A stretch of DNA of 64,000 nucleotides, from positions 8,715,059 through 8,779,058 of the forward strand of contig CAVNZM010000002.1 of the NCBI GenBank assembly GCA_963693365.1, in the 5' to 3' direction. Numbering within the stretch: position 1 is the first letter of the stretch; each line of letters starts with the position of its first letter. The DNA comes from Amoebidium appalachense. Taxonomy: Eukaryota > Protista > Ichthyosporea. Under the pieces are notes generated by a model. The model searched no databases. It was given only the letters and a program-made list of their open reading frames with translations, and was not told where the DNA came from. Made by a program: the position numbers and the translations under genes. Positions 13,910-27,233 of this stretch are shown piece by piece.

Positions 13910-15411
13910 CTCCCCTCTACCCGTGCCCCTTTCGTTTGTTTCCTTTTCCTTATTATCCCCTTCCTCCCTTTCATTCTCTGTTTTTACTTTTTCTCATTTA
14001 TTTTTTTGGTGGGTGAGGAGGAGAGGGGGGGAAGGGGGGGGAGGGTGGGTGGGGGAGGGGAAGTGGAGGAGGACATTTAAGAAGTTGGGATAATGGAATA
14101 AGGGATTTCTCTCTCACTGGCTCTCTGTGGTTCTCCTTCTCTTCTCTCTCTCCCCTCCCCTCATATCTGCTCGCTCCCCCCCCCCCCCCCCCACCACCAC
14201 ACACACACACACATCCTCCCCTCTCTCTCTCTCTCTCTCTCTCTCTGTGCGTGTCTTGGTTGGGTGGATGTGTGGGTGGGTGAATTTACTTGTATCTGAG
14301 TGCTCGTGTGTGGGTGTGGGTGTGTGCGCCTATGTATGTGGTTATGTTGTTATTGATATATAGAGTTGGGGGGGAGCGGGGGGGGGGAATGCAGACGCAA
14401 ACATTAGGTTTAACAAGATATGAAGAGAGAAGGAATGGCCAAGTGCCTGGAAGGGTATCATTCCATTCTTTCGTCCATGAATGTCCAATAAACCAACCTC
14501 CGTATCTACCATTTAGCCCCGACCGAGGTTCATCCGATCGAGGATTTCAGATGGCCCTGGCGTGGCGTTCGAAATTCTCGAACATATCAAGCGATCGAGG
14601 ATTTGACGTCATTTGTTAACAAAAACGTCAGAATGACGTCATGCCCTCGATCGCTTGATTGATTCGAGAATTTCAAGTGCCGCGACTGGGCCACCTTAAA
14701 TCCTCGATCGGATCGTCCTCGATCTTGTCTAGCTCAGGAAACATATATTGGAAAAAGGGGGGGCACACGGTCAGTGCATATGCAAAAATGCATGTGCTCT
14801 AGTTGCCTAAAATCGTTATCTAACCCACCCTACCCCCCTACCCCCCCTCACCCTCCCCCCGGTCCCCCCTCCCCCGCCCCCCTGCCCCGCCATCCCCCCT
14901 TCATCCCTCCCCCCCTCTCCCCCCTCTCCCCCGCCAAACCTTTCCCGCCTCTCTCTCTCCCTCCCCGTCCCCCTCCCTCCCCACCCTCCCCTTTTCTCCG
15001 CTGTAATCCCGCAGGTGTGACTCTAGTAGCGCCGTGGGAAGTTCCCAAACGCGGCAAAGCATCAGCAGGGGTCGCCATGCTCCACGCACTTGCACACATT
15101 GAATTTATGGCAATAAACCTAGCTTGGGACATACTTGCGCGGTTCGCTGTCGGTTACGATTTACCGCGGGAATATTTGGATGAGTGGGTGAGGGTAGCGG
15201 AGGAGGAGGCAAAACATCACAGATTGCTTGCTGGTAGGCTGGTGGAGGTGGGGTCGTTTTATGGCGCACTGCCCGCGCATGAGGGTTTGTGGGAGTCAGC
15301 GTCGCAGACTGCAAAGGACCCCATCGCAAGGTGAGGCGGTTGTCTTTATTTTACCTTTTTTTTTTCTTTTTCTTTTTCCTTTTTTTTTTTTTGGGGGGGG
15401 GGGGGGGGGGG

Positions 15412-15453
<42 letters not shown>

Positions 15454-15454
15454 G

Positions 15455-15487
<33 letters not shown>

Positions 15488-15937
15488 TGGGAGGGGAGTG
15501 GGGGAAGGGGGGGGGGGGGGGGGTTGCGCTGGGGCTGGATTATGTGGGTAGATTAGTCATGGAGTGGTGAAAAAAAACTGTTGAAAAAAAACTGTTGAAA
15601 TGTGTGGATCAACTGCTTGGGTGAGAGGGGATGGGGTATGTATGTGTGTACGTGTGTGCCTGTGCCTGTGTGTCTGGGGGGAGGTGAGGGAGAGAGGGGA
15701 AGGGGGGGCAGCATAATTTGAAATTGACACGCACTGTTTTTTATTGGACTGCATTCGTAAGGGGAGAAGAGGGAAGGGAAGCACTATGTGTGGAGAGAAG
15801 TGAGGAAGAAGCGAAGATCTTGTAGGAACCGGAGGGTTTGTGTGGGAGGAGATAATGAAGAGGACAAGGTGTGGAAAAGGTATGTTTAGATGAAATAATG
15901 GGCACAAGGGAAGGGTGGTTTTTTTTTCCCAAAAAAT

Positions 15938-16004
<67 letters not shown>

Positions 16005-16091
16005 GCGTGTGCGTGTGCCTGTGTGTGTGCGTGTGTGTGTGTGTGTGTAGGTGGCGGCGACGGCAGCGGCGGTGGTGTGTGTGTGTGTGTA

Positions 16092-16122
<31 letters not shown>

Positions 16123-17782
16123 GAAGACGGGGTGGAATTATTCCGAAAGTTTTTTCTTTCTCTGCTCTCTCCCTCTTTTTCTTTCTCCCTCTGTAACAAT
16201 GCCTCTCCGCCCTTTTGTCTTGCTTTGCTCTCATACTGCCAACACCCATAACTGTGGTTTACACAGGCAAACACAAAAAGCAACCAGTGCCTTTCTGTTC
16301 TTTGATTCTGTTCACACTAATTAACTCGCACATCCCTCACCCTCCCTCCTCCCCTTCTTCCTCTTTCCGGATCCCCCGCCCCCAACCCTACCCATAGACC
16401 GCCTGTTGCATGCTTTGCATGACTTCTTTGGTCTAATTTTTTTGTAAACAATACTAGTATGGTGCCGGTCCACGTAGATTGACCCCTCTAGATCCAGGAG
16501 GCTGTGATCGCGCTACGGACATGATACTTGGAGCTTTGGATAGCTCTCGGCACGGGGATGACGGGGATATAAGCTTTTCCTGTTTTCAATATTAGGGAGT
16601 GATGACGTCATCAGCGTCCAATTGGTTTCAAAATGACGTCATTATTGCATCGCTGTTGCCAAAAATAGTATCACGTGGTCGGCAAATGCCATATATGGTA
16701 GTTCCGCGAAAATTGGAAAACTTTACTTTTTCAGACCTTGCTGTTGCACAATGTGAAGTGTGTCAATAGACATGTGTATGAGAAGAAAATTGACGTGGAA
16801 AAGGCAGTTTTTGGTCTTTTATTGAGCCCTATCCTCAAAGCCTGTGTACGGCACCATTCAATTCCTGGGACGCAGGTTCGATACTCGTTGTGACAGTTTT
16901 TTTTTTTTTTTTTTTTTTTTTTTCAAAATCATTTTTTTTTCAACTCCAAAAATACCACTCGACAGCTCTCGCCGAGATATGTCGATTGCACTAAGAAATG
17001 TCTCAAATTTATACGTGGGTATTCGAGAAACAAGAGGTTCAAAAAGTGATGACGTCATCACCGTCCAATTGGTCCGAAAATTTCTTAGAGAAAAACTTTT
17101 TTTTGCTTTTGAGAAATCCCGAGACGTCTCAACATAGCTTTGTAGGTCTCTTCAAGGCGCATCGAAAAACGTACATAAAACCCCAGCGCCGCTTGATAGG
17201 AGGGAGTTATCAGGCCGGCAATTTTTCTAAGATCTATCGGATCTGATGGGTCAATCTACGATGACCGCGACCATAAATTGCCACCTCTTGATCTAACGGC
17301 TGGATCTTTTTTTTTTTTTTTTTTTTTTTTTTTGCCACGCCACTGTAAATTGCTGAATTAATGTTTGACCACATTTTGACAGGCTGGCCATCGTGCACAT
17401 GGTGCACGAGGCAAGGGGGCTGGACGTACATCCGCAGACAGTCAAGAAATTCATGTCTTCGGGGGATAAAAAATCAGTGGATATGCTTGAAAACACTGTA
17501 TTTCCGGATGAAATTACGCATGTCGCAGCTGGGATTCGATGGTTTCGGTTTCTGGCGGAAAAGCGCGGGATCGAGGACCCGATTGCGCACTTTCACGCGA
17601 TTGTGAGGGAGAATTTCAGGGGAAACTTGAAACCCCCCTTCAATGTGGATGCCAGGCACAAGGCGGGATTTACGGCGGAATGGTATGAGCCGCTGGCGCA
17701 CGAACAGATGAATGATGGGGCAAAGAGGGTTAAGGAGGGAGAGAAAGCGGGGCAGGAACATACTCTAGATGATGCGCATTAA
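13139..17782 (+). CDS. DUF455-family ferritin-like (di-iron) protein, 3 exons, ~304 aa
   Basis: Exons 13139-13337, 15015-15330, 17383-17782 (GT-AG, in phase, 915 nt). Motifs: LHALAHIEFMAINLAWD, EEAKHH, YGALPAHEGLW, HEARGLD, DEITHVAAGIRWF, PPFNVDARHKAGF. Confidence 0.9.
14491..14730. mobile_element. Foldback MITE, copy 1 (right end truncated), in DUF455 intron 1
   Basis: Self-complementary arms (gatcgaggattt...aaatcctcgatc; aattctcgaa...ttcgagaatt) around two TGACGTCA; homologous to 52763-53028. Confidence 0.85.
16460..17273. mobile_element. Non-autonomous TIR DNA transposon, TA-flanked (Tc1/mariner-like), in DUF455 intron 2
   Basis: Imperfect ~35-bp TIRs TGGTGCCGGTCCACGTAGATTGACCC / GGGTCAATCTACGATGACCGCGACCA; TA at 16458-59 and 17274-75; internal direct repeat gtgatgacgtcatca-cgtccaattggt at ~16599 and ~17046; no transposase ORF. 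Confidence 0.8.
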
Positions 17783-18392
17783 TTAGCATCTGATAATTAA
17801 CTAATTGCCTTGCTTGTTTGTTTTTGTTTTCGATTTTTTCTTTTTTTCTTTCTTTTTTTTTGGGAGGGGGGGGGGGGGGGTTTGCAACGCTGGGGATGTA
17901 TGGGGGGACGGTTAAGTAGTTTTTTTTTCAATGTTTGTGTGATTGTCTCTCTCTCTGTATGTCGTGTTGGTGTCTTGGGACGTGCAAATGCATGTAGGTC
18001 TTTTTAGTACATCTGTGTGTGTTACTGTGAACGTGTGTGTGCACGTGCGTGCACGGCTGTTTTATGCGCGTGCATGCACACACTTTAATGTATACGCAAG
18101 TGCGCATATGCATTTCTGTGTGTATGTGTGTTATGTGCTGTGCTTGGCTTTGTGTTTATGTTTGTGTTTGTGGTGTGAGTGTATGTGATGCATACATTAC
18201 GGTTCGTGTACGTATGTTTTGGAATGTATGCCCAATCTTTAGTAAATGTAAGAACGTGGTATTGAGAGTTTCATTCAGAATTCGCATATATTAATATATC
18301 TTGTTGGAAAGAACAGCAATTAAAGACATGCGCTATATTTGGGGTCCTAACCTGGTCTCAACAGAAAAAAGCTGCCCTTTCCTACGGCTTCC

Positions 18393-18423
<31 letters not shown>

Positions 18424-18666
18424 AAAAGAAAAAAAAGAAAAAAAAGAAGGAAAAAAAAAACACCCGCCCACCCACCCACATACACACACACACACACACA
18501 CGCGCGCGCGCGCACACACACGCACACGCACACACAAACACACACACACACACACACACACGGGGAACACACCTCAGCCCTTCTGCACTCGCACGCACAC
18601 GTACTCTTGCCTCGACATACATAACACAGTCACTCACTCGCTCCCTCACACTTCACTTACATACAG

Positions 18667-18712
<46 letters not shown>

Positions 18713-18861
18713 CACACACACACACACACCAAAAAAAAATCCTTCCAGATCCATACAAACCGATGTGCCCTGATGTACATGCACACACATGCTACAAACA
18801 CTCACGAGCTCACCACCTGCTCACCTGCATATTTGCATACGCAACACACACACACACGTGT

Positions 18862-18902
<41 letters not shown>

Positions 18903-18984
18903 GTGACACGCACACATACACACATGTACACACATACACATACACATACACACCGGTCAATGAAAGTGCAAAGCCCCCCCCCCC

Positions 18985-19015
<31 letters not shown>

Positions 19016-19623
19016 ACACCCCCTCCCCTCCTCGAGTCCAGACACACACACACACACACATGACGAATCATGACACACATATTTTAACAAACACATAGCG
19101 TACACATGACACACATAACACACACACACACATTTACACACACTCTCTCTCTATCTATATCTTTCTAAACACACACACACACACACACACGCACACACAC
19201 GGTGACACACACGTACTCCCACTATGGGCGTGCGCGTGTGCACTGCAGGCACGCATACACACACACACACCAGGAAGTTGCGAGCTATGTAGCCATTGTA
19301 CTAAATTTAGTGGGCATTGATGTTTTCTAAGAAGGGGATATTATAATAACACTCAAGTTGAACACATCCCCGTGTTTTCAAATTGGCTTTGCAGGGCCAT
19401 GGCTTCTTTTTGACCAAGCTTGCAGTGCCGGTGGTATCGGATGCGAACGGCGAACATAGTCTGACCTGGTATGACGTCACTAATGTCTCAATCTGGCCTG
19501 AGTATGGGCTGTAGGTTACATACATCAACAGTAATCTGAAATGAAGTCTACGTTATTCAGACTTCGTATGAAGTTCGTTCACGTGCACTCGCATGCTACC
19601 ACCTACTGAGGCGGTGTCTCCTT

Positions 19624-19658
<35 letters not shown>

Positions 19659-19796
19659 TTAAAAGGGACCGCCTGAGTAGATGTTAAAACGTCGCACGTG
19701 CGGCAACACGTCAGTACGTGTTAGACTCGCATGCGTGCTTCGTTTTCTCATGACGGTCAACAAAAACATAGGCTGAACAATGGAGATCTTACTGGG

Positions 19797-21301
19797 ATGT
19801 ACGCGTTTGCGGCCTCTCTTGACGGCTACGAACGCTTTCCCTTCCTCCCTCTTCCCGCGCCCACAGGTGCACATGGTTCAGACATCATTTTGGGGCCTGA
19901 GTTTACCGAACGCTACAAGCAAGCGATAGAACTTCTGAGAATCCACGAGTCCATAAGTGCAACTCTCCCCCCTTCCCAATTGGCGCATCTACTTGCAAAT
20001 GTACGAGACAAGGTGCTAGTTTTATATGGCCTTGGGGCGTTCTGCATGAACAACTGGAACTATTGCCAGAGATTCAAGCTGGGGTTCGGCTCAGATGACA
20101 GCACGTCGACGTCCGACGGCAAGCTTATTCCGTTTGTCCACATCAACCCGAAACACGACAAAAAGGGGGAGAGGAGACTGATGCTGTACTCTGCCGACGT
20201 GCTGATCGTTTCCGCCAACCGTTGCTGTACTCTGCCGACGTGCTGATCGTTTCCGCCAACCGTCAGTTCAAGTGGAAACTGGTCAGCGCAAACAACGAAA
20301 CTTTCGACGGCCAAAGTGAATTTTCAGTTGCCGGAGTGAACGGCATGAACATGAGTTTGGGGCAGCTGCTGAACAAAGAGAAATACGATCTGCTACGGGA
20401 GGGCTTTGCCCGGGTGCAGGAGACGGGAGAGTGGCGCGCTTTTCGGACGGTTTATAGGTTCCTGTTTCAAACAGCAAAAGGAAAGCTGACGACCAAACAA
20501 GGCCGCCAGGATATGGCAGAGTATGGTGAGGTGTTCATGTTGTGGTATGGTGACAAGGACGGCAAATTTTGCAACAGGCACGAGTGTCTCGATTTGGTGG
20601 AAAGCGATCGTCGGTTGTTTGAAGAATGTTTCATGGTGTGGGCAGAGGTGGTCACTCTGCTGGGAGATGAAGAGAGAGCGGAACGGATGTGGAAAACGGG
20701 AATCAAGCTCACGCCAGACGGGCACAATAAAGCCATGCGCATGTTTAACCTGGCGGCACAACAGAAAAGAACCGGAAAACACGTTGAGGCGGAGAAATAT
20801 TACACCCTGGCGCTGGACTACGCGCGCCAGCAGGGGCTGGCACAGGTGGTGGGTATGTGTTTTGACCGTTTGCTGATTATGTACCGCGACGACATGAAAA
20901 ACATGCCGATTATGGAGTGTCAGGTCAAAACTACGGAGCTCTGGGGGGCCCTCTCTCCTGAGGAAAAAGAACACACCAGCTACACTGTACGAATCGCGCC
21001 CATTTCCGGTAAACAGGCAGAGAGGGTGGATTTTATATATAAACAGAACGGCGGTAAGAAACATGATGCAGCTGAGGGCCAAGCTGGTTTGTCAAAGGAA
21101 TACCTGAGGAATGTCAAAGAGACACGTAAGACCCTTTCGCTTGAGACGTGTGCAAACTGCGCAAAGCGTTTTGCATCCGATGTGTTGAAGGTGTGCTCGG
21201 GTTGTCAAAGGGTTAAGTATTGTGGGGTTGAGTGTCAGAGGGCTCACTGGAAAACACACAGGACGGAGTGTAAGTCGAGTGCACAGACTGCGGCTAAGTA
21301 G
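19797..21301 (+). pseudogene. Intronless TPR-like + C-terminal MYND zinc-finger gene, frameshifted by a 41-bp tandem duplication
   Basis: ORFs 19731-20246 and 20222-21301 overlap at an exact repeat 20182-20222/20223-20263; removing one copy gives ~487 aa. MYND: CANC..CSGC..YCGVECQRAHWKTHRTEC. TPR-like: FNLAAQQKRTGKHVEAEKYYTLALD. Confidence 0.8.
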
Positions 21302-21576
21302 GTTTTGGTGATGATACATAAATGCTGTGTCATGCTGAGGTGGGGGCCCTTACAGATTGTGAATGATGGTTGAAACAATACGATTGTGAACGTGTTAGAA
21401 TGCTAGTTTGTGATGCCCTAGTGCTCGGGGAAATGGCACTGTGTGTGACGGCCATTTACGTGTAAAAACGTAGTCTATAGTAGGTTATCGCGAACATGGA
21501 CTTTTGGAGAGTACAAGAAATAAATAGCGATCAGAAGTGAAAGAAAATATGACCCGTTTGTGTGCAGAGAATTCCA

Positions 21577-21663
<87 letters not shown>

Positions 21664-21784
21664 TCTGCCCCCTTCGGATGCATCTCTGTGTGGGTGTTTA
21701 CCTCCCTCTTTCTTCTCTCTCTCCTCGCTATTTCCTCCCCTCTCTTCGGCCCCTTTGCCCTGTGTCTCTCTTTCTCTCCCCTCC

Positions 21785-21815
<31 letters not shown>

Positions 21816-21841
21816 AAACACCTTCCCGTTCTTTATCTATG

Positions 21842-21922
<81 letters not shown>

Positions 21923-21995
21923 CCTCTAAATGATGCGCCTGGGCATTTCCTTATTGACTTAGTTGCCTCATTTGTTTCTTTTCTTTTCTTGTCTT

Positions 21996-22029
<34 letters not shown>

Positions 22030-22099
22030 ATTGTGTGTGTATGTTTTTTTTTGTTTTTTTTTTGTGTGTGTGTGTGTGTGTGTGTGCTCTGGTAATGTG

Positions 22100-22154
<55 letters not shown>

Positions 22155-23106
22155 TCTGGTAATGGTGTTTTTTTTTTTTTTTTTTTTTTTTGGGTGGGGG
22201 GGGGGGGGGGGGGGGGGGGGGATGGAGGGGGGAGGGGGTTCATACACGTTACGGATGGGTGGATGGAAGTTAATTGGTATGGCCTTAACGATCGTGTTGT
22301 TGTCACTGCGTGTTTGTGTAAAAGTGTGCGTGCCATAATAGGTGGTTTGCCTCTCAAAACATGCATATCATCGGCATGTATGATAGTTCTTTTGTGTGGG
22401 CATATACTTGTGACACAGTAACGTGTGTGCACGTGTATGTGCAGATGTGTGTGTGTGTGTGTGTACGCACACGCCTGGTTCGTGTATACGAAAGTTTGAT
22501 GACATACAGGGGGTGACTAATGTTAAGATAATTTGAAATTAAGATAAATGGTGCTTTTTTTGTTGAAATTTCCATAATTAAGATAATAGGGTCTAACAAA
22601 CCTGGTAGATATTTTAGATCATTGGGGGGGACGCGGGGGGAGGGGGGAGGAAGAGGGGGAGGGGGTGGTGCACAGAACAAGGGGCGAGTTAATGGTGCAC
22701 GTGACAATGTTTTGGTGGCTATATTGAGAAGGATACATCGATTAAGCACTGCACCACTAGTGTCACCGCCTTGGTTGTCTTCATCTCTAACTGAGTGTTC
22801 CAATTAGGGGTGGGGTGGGTGGGGGGGGGGGGGGGGGGGGGGAGGGGGTGGGGGGGGGGGTGGGGGGAAGGGGAGTTGAAGGGTAGGGGGGAATTCGAAC
22901 CAACAACTGTTTTGGAGGGGGGTACCGGTGTGTGTGTGGGGTGGGGTGGGGGGGGGGGGGGGGGGGGGGGACCCACCACCCATATGGGAAGGAGCCTTCC
23001 CACCCCCCAGCCTCCCCCCCCCCCCCCCCCCCTTTCCCCATACACACACGCACACATCCCCCCCCCCCCCCCCCTCCCCCTCCCCCCCCCCCCCCCCCCC
23101 CCCCCC

Positions 23107-23933
23107 TCTCTCTCTTCGTCTCCCAGCACGGTGACCACCTCTGCCCACACTATGAAACATTCTTCAAACAACCAACCATCACTCTCCGCCAAATCGAGAC
23201 ATTCGTGCCTGTTGCAAAATTTCCCCTCGTTGTCTCCATACCAAGACATAAACACCTAACAAAACTCTGCCACATCCTGGCGGCCCCGTGTTGTCGTCAG
23301 TTTCCTTTTGCTATTTCAAAAAGGAACCTGAAAATCGTTCTGAAAGCGCGCCACTCTCCCGTCTCCACAACCCGGGCAAACCCTCCCGTAGCAGATCGTA
23401 TTTCTCTTTGTTTACCAGCCCAAAGCTCATGTTCCCGCAGTTCGCTTCGTCAACGGAAAACTCACTATGGCCGCCGAACTTTCCGTTGTTTGCGCTGATG
23501 ATTTTCCACTTGAACTGACGATTGGCGGAAACAATGACCACGTCAGCAGCGCATAGTCTCAGTCTCTTCTCCCCATTTTTATCATCTTTCGGGTTGATGT
23601 GGACAAACCGAATAAGCTCGCCCGTGCTGTCATCTGAGCCATGCCCCAGAGTCTGGCAGTAGTTCCAGTTGTTCATGCAGAGCGCCCCAAGGGCATATAA
23701 CACTAGCACCTTGCCTCGTACCCGTGTAACTTGCTGCGCAAAGAGGTGAGAGTTGCTTCTGTAAGAACATGGTTTCTCAGGTATTCTACTGCTTGCTTGT
23801 AGCGTTGAGCAAACTAGTACTCAGGCCCCAAAATGATGTTTGAACCATGTGCACATGTGGGCGTGGGAAGGGGAATAGAGGGAAATTGTTCGCAGCCGTT
23901 GAAACAGGCCGCTAGCGCGTAAGCGGCCTCCAT
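23107..23933 (-). pseudogene. Inverted, 3'-truncated paralog of the TPR-MYND gene
   Basis: Homologous peptides (AHGSNIILGPE, CMNNWNYCQ, VSANRQFKWK, WYGDNEGKFCNRHECLDL, WAEVVTVLGDEER); early in-frame TAG and frameshifts; breaks off in a G tract before the TPR/MYND part. Confidence 0.88.
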
Positions 23934-24272
23934 TGTTCAGTCAAGCTACAGTGTGAACTGGGCCTGAGAACTTCTACCTTAATGCAGTAGTGCCCGTTGA
24001 AGGACATATGTGTACATGAGTCTACTTAACGAAGACTTGTTGATTGGCTTACAAGTCAGTCCGGCTGAATTATTGCCTAAATGCGTACGTCACATCATAA
24101 CAGACTAGTATGTATTTGGCTGGCACGCATGCCGTGACACACGCAGAGACGCGAGGCGTCAGGCGTTGCAACGTGACTCAAAAAAGAACTACTAACACGG
24201 GGCTGTCGTCAACTTGCTGTTATGAAAAAGAGGCCCTCTTTACAGATATTTATGCCCACTACATAGACTAAT

Positions 24273-24308
<36 letters not shown>

Positions 24309-24386
24309 AGAAGTTTCACTGATGGCATCAAGAAGAAGGCGGCTCACTGAAAACAAACACAACACAGGGCACTGGCATGTAAATAG

Positions 24387-24482
24387 AGCCGCAGGTAAGC
24401 CAATAGGAACGCACCAATATGAAAAACAGACCATATATGGGCAGTAACTTCCCGTGACCCAATAGGAATCATGTAGCCACAT
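24387..24482 (+). promoter_or_regulatory. Conserved upstream block with two CCAATAGGAA boxes (HCCA isomerase copy 1)
   Basis: Matches 30321-30417, upstream of copy 2. Confidence 0.6.
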
Positions 24483-24526
24483 GCCGCAGTTTCAAACGCT
24501 CGGACAGACTGACGGAGCTGCAGTGC

Positions 24527-25576
24527 CAGGGATGAGTCGGGTCGGTCGTCCCGACCCGGGACCGACCGGTTGTCGGGTCGGACGGTCGACCGAGCCCTGT
24601 TTCCAGATATTCGTGAGCCAAAATACCCGGCCGGGCTGGCCCGTGATCGACCCGGCCCGAGGCCAAAACCCGGCCGGGTATCCGGGCCGAGGGAGGGTTT
24701 GGGGTGTATATGGCACAAATAGAGTTCTGCGTTATTTTCGTGTGTTCAACCTAAAACAATAATACAACTTGATTGTTTTTAAAGTCATTATTTATATTTA
24801 CAAATGAATAAATTGCATTTTGAAACATATAGTCGCTGCCTACACCGCACCATCAGCAACATATGCATCATACTTAAACCGCCGGACAATATTGCATCCA
24901 CCCACCCAGCCACGGTGGCACCTGGCCCACACGTTCCGCATACACACACACACGTGTCTTCACACACACGCACACACGCACACACACATGCACACACATC
25001 TCTCTCTCTCTCTCTCTCTCAGCTCCCCCCCTCCCCCCCTCCCCTCTCTCTCTCTCTCGCTCTCTCTCTCTCTCGAAGCTCTCTCTCTCTTTCCCTCCCC
25101 CCCCCCCCCCCCCCCCCCCCTCTGCCCCCGAGGATCGAGCTCTCTTCGAGGTTCTCTCTCTCTCTCCTGCTTTCTTTCACCCCCCCCTTCCCCCCCTCCC
25201 CCCGCCCCCCCTCTCTCTCCCTCCATCCTCTCTCGAGTCTCTCCTAGCTCTCTCTCTCGCTCTCGCTCTCGCTCTCTCTCTCTCTCTCCCCCTCCCTCTC
25301 TTCCCCTGCACATCCCTCTCTGTACCCCCGACCACGGCCAAACACACACACAGCTACACACCCCGTGACTACACATCCACGCCTTTGTTGCACCAAACAA
25401 AAACAAAACTCCCTAGGTTTTTAATACTCGGTCAGCCCGGTGACCGACCCGATTCGGGAAGTGCGTGACCGGTGACCGACCGACCTGGCCCAAAAAATTC
25501 TGTGACCGACCGTACCCGACCCGACATTATTCTTACCTGACCCGGCCCGACCCATAAAGCTTTTGACTCATCCCTG
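24527..25576. mobile_element. hAT-like non-autonomous element inserted upstream of HCCA isomerase copy 1
   Basis: Perfect 12-bp TIR CAGGGATGAGTC/GACTCATCCCTG; dense subterminal CCGAC/GACCCG motifs at both ends; absent from the paralogous position before copy 2. No clean 8-bp TSD seen. Confidence 0.75.
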
Positions 25577-25710
25577 AGCTGCACCTGCAGGAGCAGTTTT
25601 CCCCCCCCCCCCCTTCTCCCTCTTTCTGGCGCTTTTCAACACGCCCACCCACACACAACGTCCCACACCCAACACACAAACTTCCTCTGGCCACACGCTC
25701 GCTTAAGAAA

Positions 25711-26424
25711 ATGGTCTCCCTGACTTCGTTCCGCGGTCTCGTTATGGGTGTTCCCCGCACCTCCCCCCTCCTCACCACCCGCCTGTATTCCACGCGCACA
25801 CAACCCACAGTAGAGTTCCTGTTCGATGTTGGTTCTCCCGCCAGTTATTTGACCTACACTCAGCTCCCAGCGATCGTGAAGCGAACGGGGGCAAACCTTG
25901 TCTACGTCCCGGTTCTCGTGGGCGGAATCTTTAAAGCAACAGGCAATTCAGCACCCGCTACCGTTCCCGCTAAAGGCAAATATCTCTTCACAGACCTGGC
26001 TCGCCATGGGAAAAAATACCATGTTCCTTATGCTTTTAACCCCCACTTCCCCATCAACACACTGCAAATCATGCGCGGGGCAACCCTTGCGCTCAAGGAC
26101 GGCGGCAACCAGCAGTTGGAAAAGTATTTAGACGCCATTTTCCCGGCGGTGTGGGCAAACAAACTGAACATGGGCGACCCAAAGGTTGTCGGTGAGGTTT
26201 TGGCGAAAGCAGGATTTGACCCAGAAGAGTTTATGAAGGGGTGTGCGCGCGCGGATGTGAAAGCGGAGCTGATGTCTGCTACTGAAAATGCAGTCAAAAG
26301 GGGCGCGTTTGGCGTGCCGACCTTCTATGTTGGAAAAGAAATGTTTTTCGGACAGGATCGATTGACGTGGGTGGAAGAGGCTCTGGCTGCTGCTGCACAG
26401 GCACCCGCTGTGGCTTCTGCATAA
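25711..26424 (+). CDS. 2-hydroxychromene-2-carboxylate isomerase / GST-kappa (DsbA-like) family protein, copy 1
   Basis: Intronless, 237 aa. Motifs FLFDVGSPASYL, NPHFPINTL, GAFGVPTF, FFGQDRL; N-terminal ~30 aa R/S/T/L-rich with no acidic residues (mitochondrial presequence-like). Confidence 0.92.
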   Translation: MVSLTSFRGLVMGVPRTSPLLTTRLYSTRTQPTVEFLFDVGSPASYLTYTQLPAIVKRTGANLVYVPVLVGGIFKATGNSAPATVPAKGKYLFTDLARHGKKYHVPYAFNPHFPINTLQIMRGATLALKDGGNQQLEKYLDAIFPAVWANKLNMGDPKVVGEVLAKAGFDPEEFMKGCARADVKAELMSATENAVKRGAFGVPTFYVGKEMFFGQDRLTWVEEALAAAAQAPAVASA

Positions 26425-27194
26425 GAGGCTTTAACCCTTTTTATTCCCCTAAAAATGGATATGGTTTTTTCTGCAAATTTGCACCCTGGAATCGTTGTTG
26501 GGATAAGCATGTTTCGTTTAGTACACTGTCGATGATGTTTAGCCTTGCAGAGCTACACAGCGAATTGCCTGCACTTGGCAAGATTTGACGTTATCGTTAT
26601 ACCGATTGTGTGCATGCTGACTTAGTGTAAAGCTGTACATATCGAAGGTCGTAAAAGGGCCTGCTCTAGAAGAATGAAGGTATACATGCGCGTTGAGAAC
26701 GACTCTTGGTGTTATGTTTACCCCCCCCCTTCCCCCCCCCTCCCCCCCCCCCCCCCCCCCCCTCCGCCCCCAATCTCCACTGCAACACCAGTGTCCAGAC
26801 CCTCTTTTTTCCCTTCTTCACCTTTTTCCACCCGCCTTTGCGACTTAACGCTTACCGTCCCACACCACATCTCAAGTTTCCACATGTCGTGTTCTTCATT
26901 CTCTCAACTCCTCCCTCTGGTCGCATGTATTCAGTCAGTTACTTCAGCGCTGTACCGAGTGCATGTGGACGATAGCCCCCCCGCCCCCCCGCACGTTCTC
27001 TCTCTCTCTCTCTCCCTCTCCCCCCCCCCCCCCCCCCTCTCTTCGAATTTCTTACAACTTTCCACGTGAAATCTTGAAATCGGAAAGCAACCCTTTTGAG
27101 CTCATAGGAATGTGAGTTTATTTTCTTTTGATGTGAGCCTGCTTCAGTGTCTTACATTTGGTTTGTGTGTGTGTGTGTATGTGGTGGTGGCGGT

Positions 27195-27233
<39 letters not shown>

